In this document: one piece after another, positions 7,495-15,477 of the stretch | Position numbering within the stretch: the first letter of the stretch is position 1 | How the letters are laid out: the number at the start of each line of letters is the position of its first letter | NCBI GenBank assembly: GCA_002422315.1 | Contig: DIUJ01000049.1 | Span: 83,799-147,798, forward strand | Origin: Bacteroidetes bacterium UBA6161 | GTDB taxonomy: Bacteria; Bacteroidota; Bacteroidia; NS11-12g; UBA955 | Length of the DNA stretch: 64,000 nt | Direction of reading: 5' to 3' | Made by a program: the position numbers and the translations under genes | The notes under the pieces: generated by a model | The model's input: only the letters and a program-made list of their open reading frames with translations | Database searches by the model: none | What the model was told of the DNA's origin: nothing

Positions 7495-8535
7495 ATGGAC
7501 AACGAAGTATATAATTTTAAACTGAAAATTGATTGGAAACTGATTAACTTAATCAGTGAAATAGATCGTTTTGATGCAAATTGGACCGCTATTGAACGCA
7601 AAGAAGGACAAAGCCTCAAAGAGTTGAAGAGCATTGCTACCGTTCGAAGCGTAGGGGCTTCAAACCGTATTGAAGGCAACAGAATGAGCGATGAAGAAGT
7701 TGATGTGTTGCTTCAAAAAATTGATGTTACTAACCTTACTGACAGAGATTCGCAGGAAGTAGTCGGTTATTTTGAAGTACTGGACTTGATATCGGAATCT
7801 TATGAAAACATTAGCGTTACCGAAAACCATCTCAAAAGCTTACATAATAGTTTGATGAAATACAGTGCCATAGACGAATGGCATAAAGGCAATTATAAGC
7901 TGCATAGTAATGCGGTTGAAGCCTCATTTCCTGACGGCACACGTCAAATCATTTTTCAAACCACCGAAGCGGGATTTGCCACTGAAGATGCCATAAGGGC
8001 TTTGCTAAATTGGTATAATTCCGAAACGGAAGTACATACGTTAATAAAAGTAGCGTCTTTCGTCTATGAATTTTTGAGCGTTCACCCATTTCAAGACGGA
8101 AACGGTAGGTTAAGCCGTTTGATTTCAACGCTTTTGTTACTAAAAAATGGATATAAATGGATACAATACGTGAGTTTTGAACATGAAATAGAAAACCAAA
8201 AAAACGAATATTATAAGGTGCTTAGAAGTTGTCAAGCACAACGCCCAAACGAAGATGTAACTGTTTGGATACAGTTCTTTTTGAGTTGCTTGTCCAATAT
8301 TCAATCGCAACTGCTGCTGAAATTGCAAAAAAGTGGAATGGAAACACAGCTTTCACCCAAAGAAAAATCAATTTATTCAATTATACAAAACCGTCCGAAC
8401 ATCCAGTCGGGAGAAATTGCCGAAAAGTTGGCGATACCTGCACCAACCGTAAAACGCATTTTGTCAGAGTTGCTTAACAAAGGATTAATTGAAAAACAAG
8501 GAAGTGGACGCAATGTGAGTTACACAATAAAATAA
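7495..8535 (+). CDS. Fic-family protein (AMPylase-type) with N-terminal inhibitory motif and C-terminal winged-helix DNA-binding domain
   Basis: Fic core HPFQDGNGRLSR at 8083-8118. Inhibitory-helix-like motif SNRIEG ((S/T)xxxE(G/N)) at 7660-7677. C-terminal SGEIAEKLAIPAPTVKRILSELLNKGLIEKQGSGRNVSY is wHTH-like. Confidence 0.9.
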   Translation: MDNEVYNFKLKIDWKLINLISEIDRFDANWTAIERKEGQSLKELKSIATVRSVGASNRIEGNRMSDEEVDVLLQKIDVTNLTDRDSQEVVGYFEVLDLISESYENISVTENHLKSLHNSLMKYSAIDEWHKGNYKLHSNAVEASFPDGTRQIIFQTTEAGFATEDAIRALLNWYNSETEVHTLIKVASFVYEFLSVHPFQDGNGRLSRLISTLLLLKNGYKWIQYVSFEHEIENQKNEYYKVLRSCQAQRPNEDVTVWIQFFLSCLSNIQSQLLLKLQKSGMETQLSPKEKSIYSIIQNRPNIQSGEIAEKLAIPAPTVKRILSELLNKGLIEKQGSGRNVSYTIK

Positions 8536-8575
8536 CATTAAAAATTAATAAAACCAATAACTCAACAGATATTAA

Positions 8576-8800
8576 AATTGCCCAGCAACTAACTAAGCCA
8601 GAGTTGATGCTCCAAAGGCAGATAAGTGCTCAACACTTTAAAAACCTTCAAATTTGAATTTTTTGAGTAAAAAACAACTTCAATAGAGGCTTATTAAGAG
8701 AGCCATTCTTTTCATCTGGTAATTTTTACTTGTAAAAAGTCGCTTAAAAGAAATATAATGAATAGTTTTTTCTATTTTTGAAGACATAACGGAGGTTTTT
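8576..8800 (+). repeat. Intergenic repeat family, copy B
   Basis: ctccaaaggcagataagtgctcaacactttaaaaaccttcaaatttgaatt...aaaaaacaacttcaatagaggc is ~85% identical by eye to copy C. The distal block aatagttttttctatttttgaagac matches copy A, including a tatttttg box. Confidence 0.8.
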
Positions 8801-8857
8801 AGACAAACAGCCGTTGGGTGCAAGCTAAAAATTTATTAATCAAGAGAATATGAATAA

Positions 8858-9901
8858 ATGAGGAAATCCAGAATACATCAATTTTTGATAATATTTGCTT
8901 TATTAAATATTATGGCGGGATGTCAACCAAGTCCCATTTCTGAATTAGTAGAGAAGAACAACCTGTGGTTTAAAAATGACAAACTATATACTGGGAAGGC
9001 TTACGGTACTTCTAAAGCAATTAACAACGAACAAATTTATAAACATTTCGGCTTGACAAGCTTTGGAGACTCTTTAATTCTGAATATTGAGCGTGGTGAA
9101 ATTAAAAGAATAGATTTTTACACATCAAAAGGGCATTTTGCTAAACAAGAATTCAAAGAAGATTCAATTGTACAATTGGAATTTTACTACACCGAATCAG
9201 GGATTTGGGACGTGGAACTTATTTCCGGAATTGCAAGTTTCAGAAATGGGAAAGAACACGGATTGAGAACATATTATATTCATGGAAATAAAATCTATTT
9301 ATATTACAACAATGGGAGATTAGAGAGTAGAATTACTTTTCGGTTGAACCCATCACTTCTTGACTTTAATGAAATTTTAGTTGAGGAGACTGAATACATG
9401 AGCGAATCAAATGCTCAAATCACTAAGGAATACTATAGAGACGGTAAAACATTAAGTAAAAAGTCTGAAATAGATAACGATAAAGATATAAGAACTACAA
9501 TCATCTATGACTTGGATGGAAAAGTATATGAGAAAGTTATAAATGGTCAAAAAGTGGATGTTTCAATTGATGGAAGCGTTAAAACCTATAATAAAGGAGT
9601 CGGAATTACTTTGTCTGAATACAAGAATGGCAAAAAGCATGGAATAGAACGACAGTACTATACTAGCGGGCAACTTTGGGTTGAAACCACATATCAAAAT
9701 GGTATGATGCAGGGCTGGAATAAGCGTTGGTACAAAAATGGTGTGCTTGCTTTAGAATGTACATATATCAAAAATGTAATTAATGGAAACTATCGAAAAT
9801 GGTACGACAATGGGCAACTATGGGAGGAATCAATATACAAAAATGCGGAATTAATAACCCAAAAAAAATGGTATAACAATGGAAAACCTGCATTCAAATA
9901 A
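8858..9901 (+). CDS. Lipoprotein with C-terminal MORN-variant (YwqK-like) repeats
   Basis: Lipobox NIMAGC. Repeats of the form G.K.G....Y..G.L.....Y.NG (GKKHGIERQYYTSGQLWVETTYQNGMMQGWNKRWYKNGVL...). Confidence 0.7.
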   Translation: MRKSRIHQFLIIFALLNIMAGCQPSPISELVEKNNLWFKNDKLYTGKAYGTSKAINNEQIYKHFGLTSFGDSLILNIERGEIKRIDFYTSKGHFAKQEFKEDSIVQLEFYYTESGIWDVELISGIASFRNGKEHGLRTYYIHGNKIYLYYNNGRLESRITFRLNPSLLDFNEILVEETEYMSESNAQITKEYYRDGKTLSKKSEIDNDKDIRTTIIYDLDGKVYEKVINGQKVDVSIDGSVKTYNKGVGITLSEYKNGKKHGIERQYYTSGQLWVETTYQNGMMQGWNKRWYKNGVLALECTYIKNVINGNYRKWYDNGQLWEESIYKNAELITQKKWYNNGKPAFK

Positions 9902-9908
9902 AATTATT

Positions 9909-10343
9909 ATGCTCAAACAAATAGTAAAATACTCTCGTCAGACTTATCTTATTCTAAGCTTCTTCCATCTCATTTTGTTTTTTGTAATTCTAAGATCTCT
10001 ATACATAAGAAGTCTTTATATTCCAGAAACTTGGTATAGAGGAAGTTTGACTAGAATAATGCCAATTGCAGGTTATCAGCTTGGTTTTATAATGTTATTT
10101 ATCATATTGATCTTACTTATTGCTACTACATTGATTTTTCTAAAGAAGCATAAATACAAGATTATTTTATTTAGGATTTTATTCATAGTTCAATCCGCTT
10201 TAATAATCCCATTAGTTGGATTGATATATAAATGGCAGCTATATATATTTAAGTTTGGCTATGTATTAATTATTCCCATAATACTGCTCTCGATACTGAT
10301 GATCCTAAATAAATTTATAGTAAAAAAAACACCAGTTAATTAA
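9909..10343 (+). CDS. Small polytopic membrane protein (about 4 TM)
   Basis: Hydrophobic segments. I prefer ATG 9909 over the track start 9879, which would overlap the MORN gene. No recognised family. Confidence 0.45.
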   Translation: MLKQIVKYSRQTYLILSFFHLILFFVILRSLYIRSLYIPETWYRGSLTRIMPIAGYQLGFIMLFIILILLIATTLIFLKKHKYKIILFRILFIVQSALIIPLVGLIYKWQLYIFKFGYVLIIPIILLSILMILNKFIVKKTPVN

Positions 10344-10351
10344 ACCTGTTT

Positions 10352-10535
10352 ATTGCCGGCTGCCAACAGCCGTAGCTGTTCTTCCAAAGGCAGATAAGTG
10401 TACAACTCTTACAAAACCTTCAAATTTGAATTTCCAGAGAAAAAAACAACTTCAATAGAGGCATTTTTGGGATTAACTAAATTTTTCTCAAAAAATTAGT
10501 TGCTTAAAATGGCTCGTTTCTGTTCTGAAAATACG
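10352..10535 (+). repeat. Intergenic repeat family, copy C (distal part degenerate)
   Basis: ttccaaaggcagataagtgtacaactcttacaaaaccttcaaatttgaatt...aaaaaacaacttcaatagaggc. Preceded by the hairpin cggctg-ccaa-cagccg. Confidence 0.75.
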
Positions 10536-10671
10536 ATTTTACAAAAAAACCGCTAACCAAAAAACAGGTACAAAATCACCAAACTGCCAACCTTAACTGC
10601 ATTTTTTCTATCCAGAACAATAAATGTACATAATTTTCCGACACTATATATTTTAGCAATAGAAATACCTT

Positions 10672-10679
10672 TACCTTTG
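10672..10679 (+). promoter_or_regulatory. -7 promoter box (TAnnTTTG) for the SGNH/MBOAT operon
   Basis: tacctttg lies directly before the track start codon, which argues for the downstream ATG 10696 as the true start. Confidence 0.45.
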
Positions 10680-10695
10680 CATGGTAAAACTAAGT

Positions 10696-12150
10696 ATGTT
10701 ACCGCCTAAAAAAGTATTCCATTTTATATTGCTTGCATTAAGCTCTGTGTTGTTTCTTTCTTTTGTAAGTGAAACAATAGCGGGTAAAAAACAAGAAACC
10801 ATCTTTAAGTATTTTAAAATTAGCGATATAGTAGGGTATAGGGCATTCGCAGAAGCCAAGCATTTGGAAGTGGAAGAGCAAAAGGCTTTGGTAGAAGCAA
10901 AAAGAAAAAAAGAAGAATCTATAAAAAAGATTTCGAGCAAAGCAGATACCCTACAGTTTATGATTCAGCAAAGTCAGTTGGATAGTACCAAGTTCTTTTA
11001 TGCCTCAGGGATAAAAGATTTTTGGTTTCCTATTTTTGAAGAATGGGCTAAACTAAAAAAGGATAAAAAACTGTACAGAATTCTACATTATGGTGACTCT
11101 CAAATAGAAATGGATAGGATTACATCACACATTAGAGAGAAATTACAATCCAGATATGGAGGGAGTGGTCCCGGAATTTTACCCCCATTGCAGCTAGTGC
11201 CAAGTTATACCATAAGCCAAACCGCTTCTGGAAATTGGCAACGACTTGTAAGTTATGGTGCATCCAATACAAGAGCTCCGCACAATAGATATGGAATTAC
11301 AGGCATGATATTTAGATACAATGGCGGAAATGCTCAGGTATCTATAAGTCCAAGAGAGAAAAAATACCGACTTGTTAGAAACTTTGAAACTGTAAAAGTA
11401 ATAACTGGAGCCTACAATCGTTCCTTTACAGTGAGTTTACAAAATGGAAATACAACTTTAAGCCAATTGGTCCCTAGTGAAGGGAAAGAACAACTTATTA
11501 AATGGCAATTAGATTCCAATAAATCAAATGTATCCTTAAATTTTCAATCAGATTCAATAACCGATATATTAGGAATTGCAATAGATGGAAAATATGGTAT
11601 TGCTATGGACAATATACCTTGGAGAGGATCTTCGGGTCTTACATTTACTTCCATAAACAAGGCATCCTTAAGTCAAACCTATAAGTTTTTAAATGTTAGA
11701 ATGGTGATTATGCAATTTGGGGGTAACAGCATGCCATACATCAAAGACCCCAAAGCAGCGGAGCGATATGCAGCAAGTTTTGCAAAGCAAATAGACTATA
11801 TAAGGTCTATTGATACAAGTATTAAGATATTGGTTATTGGTCCTGCAGACATGTCAACCAACATAGATGGCAGTATGCAAACCCCAAAAATGTTGGAATA
11901 TTGTATTCAAAAAATGGCCGAAGAAGCGAATAAAAGAGGCGCGGCTTTTTGGAGTATGTACCATGCAATGGGTGGCAAAAACAGTATGGTTAAATGGGTT
12001 AAGAGGTCGCCTGCTTATGGTGCGCCAGATTACATACATTTTAGTAAAATAGGTGCAGAAGAAATGTCTAAAATATTTTATTCTGCTATAGAACGAGAAT
12101 ATCAGATTTATATGTTCCACAAAAACATGGAGGCGCTTAAAGTTGATTAA
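10696..12150 (+). CDS. SGNH/GDSL-fold hydrolase or acyltransferase, membrane-anchored (AlgX/AlgJ/PatB-like role)
   Basis: N-terminal anchor. Block I LHYGDSQ, GGN block (QFGGNS) and block V DYIH. Alternative start at 10681. Confidence 0.6.
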   Translation: MLPPKKVFHFILLALSSVLFLSFVSETIAGKKQETIFKYFKISDIVGYRAFAEAKHLEVEEQKALVEAKRKKEESIKKISSKADTLQFMIQQSQLDSTKFFYASGIKDFWFPIFEEWAKLKKDKKLYRILHYGDSQIEMDRITSHIREKLQSRYGGSGPGILPPLQLVPSYTISQTASGNWQRLVSYGASNTRAPHNRYGITGMIFRYNGGNAQVSISPREKKYRLVRNFETVKVITGAYNRSFTVSLQNGNTTLSQLVPSEGKEQLIKWQLDSNKSNVSLNFQSDSITDILGIAIDGKYGIAMDNIPWRGSSGLTFTSINKASLSQTYKFLNVRMVIMQFGGNSMPYIKDPKAAERYAASFAKQIDYIRSIDTSIKILVIGPADMSTNIDGSMQTPKMLEYCIQKMAEEANKRGAAFWSMYHAMGGKNSMVKWVKRSPAYGAPDYIHFSKIGAEEMSKIFYSAIEREYQIYMFHKNMEALKVD

Positions 12151-13405
12151 ATACCTCTTTGTTTTTTTCTTGAGTTTTTTTGTTTTGTATGCCAAATCCC
12201 AGGCTTTTATAGACAATTCGGAAAAATATTCCTTTGTAAACTACGCTAACAATAAAATTGATTACCCTGGCGATAGCATGGACTTTGTGAATTTTATGTA
12301 TAAATTTAACAAGTTAGTTTCTACAGGGCAGGGTAAAATAAATATTGTTCATTTTGGTGGCTCGCATGTACAAGCGGATATGTGGACAGGTCAAATACGA
12401 AGCCATTTTAATAAGTTTTTATTCCAAAGGGAAGTAGAAAGAGGTTTTGTGTTTCCTTACAAGGCAATAAAAACCAATGGTTCTGCACAATATGATGTGC
12501 ATTACAATAAAACATGGGAATATGTTAAAAATGTAAAGCTTAGCTTCCCAGAAGAGGTAGGATTAATGGGCTATAAAGCTATTGCAAGAGATAGTGGACA
12601 ATATGTTTCATTTGATTTTAAATCGGAATTTTTTACAAAATATGTGTTTGATGAAATATTGGTTTATCACGATACAGGTTCAAGTTATTTTGATTTTACC
12701 ATTCAAGTAGATTCCAACTTATTAAGTGCGGAATATTCATCCGATTGTAAATGTTCTAAGTTTATTTTTCCTAGCAATTATTCAAGTTTTAAACTAGTGG
12801 TTCATAAAACCAATGAATTGCAGTCTATGTTTGTTTTAAATGGAATTCAAACAAAGATTCAAAATAACTCTGGACTGGTATACCACAATGTAGGAGTAAA
12901 TGGCGCTTCTGTACCTTCCTTCCTAAATTGTTTGGACCTAGATAAACAACTGAAGGTTTTAAATCCTGATTTAATAGTCTTTGCAGTAGGTATAAACGAT
13001 GCTTTTGGTAAAGATTTTTCAAGGCCATGGTTTGAGAATAATTACAGCTTGTGGATTAAAAGGATTAGAGAAGTTTGTCCTGGAGTGGCCATACTATTAC
13101 TAACCAATACCGATAGCTACAAAACAATTAAGCGACGCAAATACAAAAACTACAGTGGCAATGAAGTGAGAAACTCCATGTATTTACTAGGCAAGACCCA
13201 TGGCGCAGCGGTATGGGATTTGTATTCTGTAATGGGAGGGCTTGGTTCCATTCAACTATGGAATCGCAATGGAATGGCGCAGAGTGATTTAATACATCTT
13301 ACAGGAAATGGTTACCGATATTTAGGGGACTTGTTTTTTGAAGCCTTTTTAAAGAAATACGATTCTTTTGTGCAAAATAATCTATCCTATTTGTCTTATG
13401 AATAA
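12143..13405 (+). CDS. Second SGNH/GDSL-fold protein (secreted)
   Basis: Signal peptide. VHFGGSH (block I variant), AVGINDAF (GxND block) and DLIH (block V). TTG start overlaps the stop of the previous gene. Confidence 0.6.
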   Translation: MIKYLFVFFLSFFVLYAKSQAFIDNSEKYSFVNYANNKIDYPGDSMDFVNFMYKFNKLVSTGQGKINIVHFGGSHVQADMWTGQIRSHFNKFLFQREVERGFVFPYKAIKTNGSAQYDVHYNKTWEYVKNVKLSFPEEVGLMGYKAIARDSGQYVSFDFKSEFFTKYVFDEILVYHDTGSSYFDFTIQVDSNLLSAEYSSDCKCSKFIFPSNYSSFKLVVHKTNELQSMFVLNGIQTKIQNNSGLVYHNVGVNGASVPSFLNCLDLDKQLKVLNPDLIVFAVGINDAFGKDFSRPWFENNYSLWIKRIREVCPGVAILLLTNTDSYKTIKRRKYKNYSGNEVRNSMYLLGKTHGAAVWDLYSVMGGLGSIQLWNRNGMAQSDLIHLTGNGYRYLGDLFFEAFLKKYDSFVQNNLSYLSYE

Positions 13406-15068
13406 CTATATTCAAGAGTATTTAATCCAATTACTTTCATTCAATAAAAACTCACCTATAATCTTTACAGGTGTTTATTTCTGGGGTTTCTTTACCATTG
13501 TATTTGCTATTTTTAGTGTTATTCACAAAAAAATAACTATTCGAAACTTATTCTTGTTTTTAGTAAGTATCTTTTTCTATTACAAAACAAGTGGCTTGTA
13601 TTTTACCTTGTTGCTGTTTACCATAGTTTCCGATTATTTTATAGGGAAAAAACTGTTTACTACGGAGAATAAATTACACAGAAAGTTGCTAGTTATTTGG
13701 AGTGTAGGAGCCAATTTAAGTATTTTAGCGTACTTTAAGTATGCCTATTTTTTTACTGATTCTTACAATCAAATATTTGCAACTAACAATCAGGTATGGA
13801 ATGTATTTGCACAATTTAGTAATACCCTTTTAAACACAGGATTCGATGTAGATTCTATACTTTTACCGGTAGGGATTTCTTTTTACACTTTTCAGGCTAT
13901 AAGCTATACTGTAGATATTTACAAACGGAAATTGGAACCCTTGCATAGTTTATTTGACTTTGGTTTTTATGTTTCATTTTTTCCTCAATTGGTAGCAGGG
14001 CCCATCGTAAGGGCTTCTGAGTTTATTCCTCAAATGTATAGGCCTTACACTTTGTCTGGGTATCAATTTGGGTTGGCTATATTTATGATTCTTGGAGGTT
14101 TGGTCAAAAAAATGGTCATTGGTGATTATATGGCGGTGCAATTTATTGATAAGGTATTTGCCAACCCTGTTATGTTTACAGGTTTTGAAAATCTAATGGC
14201 CGTATTTGCATATTCCTTGCAGGTTTATTGTGATTTTTCAGGATATACAGATATTGCTATAGGTATTGCATTGCTAATGGGTTTTAGGTTTAATACCAAT
14301 TTTAATTCACCTTACAAAGCACAAAATGTTGCTGAATTTTGGAAGCGTTGGCATATCAGCTTATCTACTTGGCTAAGAGATTATTTGTATATTCCTTTGG
14401 GCGGAAACAAAAAAGGAAGTATTGTATCTTATATATTATTTGTTTTGCTAGTAGCAATTCTAACCATGTTGTTGGGCCTTTCTGCATATTGGCTACAAAT
14501 TGTTGTTTCATTAGTTATTTTGATGTTGTTGTATCAGGTTTTTCCTTCGGTACGAAAACACATCAATACCAACATTAATCTTATGCTTACCATGTTATTG
14601 GGAGGTCTGTGGCATGGTTCAACATTGAATTTTATAGTATGGGGAGGATTAAATGGTTTGGCTTTAGTTTTTTACAAACATTGGAGAAAAATAAGTCCAT
14701 GGGAGAAGCTAAATCAATGGTATATAAGGGTATTTAAAATTACATTTACTTTTGCTTTTATTTCATTTACTCGTATATGGTTTAGAGCAGCAGATGAACA
14801 AACTGCAACTTCTGTTAGAGAAATGATTTTTTATAAACTAGATTTCTCTTATGCTGGGGATGTTCTTTTAGGATTTTGGAAAGTGTTTTTGGTATTTGCC
14901 CTAGGTATGACCATACATTGGTTGCCAAAAGAATTGAAAAACAAGGTGAAATATTCTTTTATAAAATCACCAGTATATACAAAGGTAATTGTTGTACTGA
15001 TAACCGTACTGATAATCTGGCAAACAGTATCAGCAGATTTTATTCCTTTTATATACTTTCAGTTTTAA
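13398..15068 (+). CDS. MBOAT-family membrane-bound O-acyltransferase (AlgI/PatA/DltB-like)
   Basis: Polytopic. Signature FWKRWHISLSTWLRDYLYIPLGGNKKG with the conserved His. ATG 13398 (overlap ATGAATAA) preferred over the TTG at 13368. Confidence 0.85.
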   Translation: MNNYIQEYLIQLLSFNKNSPIIFTGVYFWGFFTIVFAIFSVIHKKITIRNLFLFLVSIFFYYKTSGLYFTLLLFTIVSDYFIGKKLFTTENKLHRKLLVIWSVGANLSILAYFKYAYFFTDSYNQIFATNNQVWNVFAQFSNTLLNTGFDVDSILLPVGISFYTFQAISYTVDIYKRKLEPLHSLFDFGFYVSFFPQLVAGPIVRASEFIPQMYRPYTLSGYQFGLAIFMILGGLVKKMVIGDYMAVQFIDKVFANPVMFTGFENLMAVFAYSLQVYCDFSGYTDIAIGIALLMGFRFNTNFNSPYKAQNVAEFWKRWHISLSTWLRDYLYIPLGGNKKGSIVSYILFVLLVAILTMLLGLSAYWLQIVVSLVILMLLYQVFPSVRKHINTNINLMLTMLLGGLWHGSTLNFIVWGGLNGLALVFYKHWRKISPWEKLNQWYIRVFKITFTFAFISFTRIWFRAADEQTATSVREMIFYKLDFSYAGDVLLGFWKVFLVFALGMTIHWLPKELKNKVKYSFIKSPVYTKVIVVLITVLIIWQTVSADFIPFIYFQF

Positions 15069-15477
15069 TCTTATTGATCAAGTTTTTTATTTCTTCTATC
15101 TTTTCATTATCAATAGGTTTTGAAATAAAAGATAGAACAGAATCTAGATTTTTAGACATTTCTATTTCCTCTTTTTGAATACTAGAACTTAACAAAACTA
15201 CAAAAGGCTTGTATTCTTTCATTTGAACAGGCCATAAAGAATTAAGCTTGTCTATAAATTCCCATCCATTTAGGCCTTTCATGTTTAGGTCTAAAAAAAT
15301 AACATCAGGTATTTGGTCTAGGATTTGGGTTTGAGAAAATTGTAGTAATTCGCTAAGACCATTTTCGGGGTCGGAAAATTTATACACTGAGGCATTAGGG
15401 AGTGCCTTATTTAGGTATAATTCACCAATCATTAATGTTATTTCATCGTCATCAATTAGCCAAATATTGTTCAACAT
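15049..15477 (-). CDS. Stand-alone response-regulator receiver protein (CheY-like)
   Basis: IWLIDDDE...VIFLDLNMKGLNGWE...VVLLSSS receiver motifs. Overlaps the kinase gene by 26 nt. Confidence 0.8.
   Translation of the reverse strand: MLNNIWLIDDDEITLMIGELYLNKALPNASVYKFSDPENGLSELLQFSQTQILDQIPDVIFLDLNMKGLNGWEFIDKLNSLWPVQMKEYKPFVVLLSSSIQKEEIEMSKNLDSVLSFISKPIDNEKIEEIKNLINKIKTESI

Noticed and set aside
8229-8477. 82-aa plus-strand ORF in a second frame inside fic, and the 62-aa antisense ORF 8140..8328
   Set aside because: They are embedded in the Fic coding frame, which carries the diagnostic motif, and have no supporting features.
7095-10535. Integron attC sites or a CRISPR array as the identity of the three intergenic repeats
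   Set aside because: Spacing is in kilobases and the repeats are 100-250 bp, so this is not a CRISPR array. Only copy B has a RYYYAAC-like site (gctcaac). I could not find the paired R'/L' inverted architecture of attC, and no integrase is present. I kept it as an unexplained repeat family instead.
14339-15178. ORFs 14339..14578 and 14876..15178 (+) overlapping the MBOAT gene and the response-regulator gene
   Set aside because: They are alternative frames of well-supported genes and have no independent signals.
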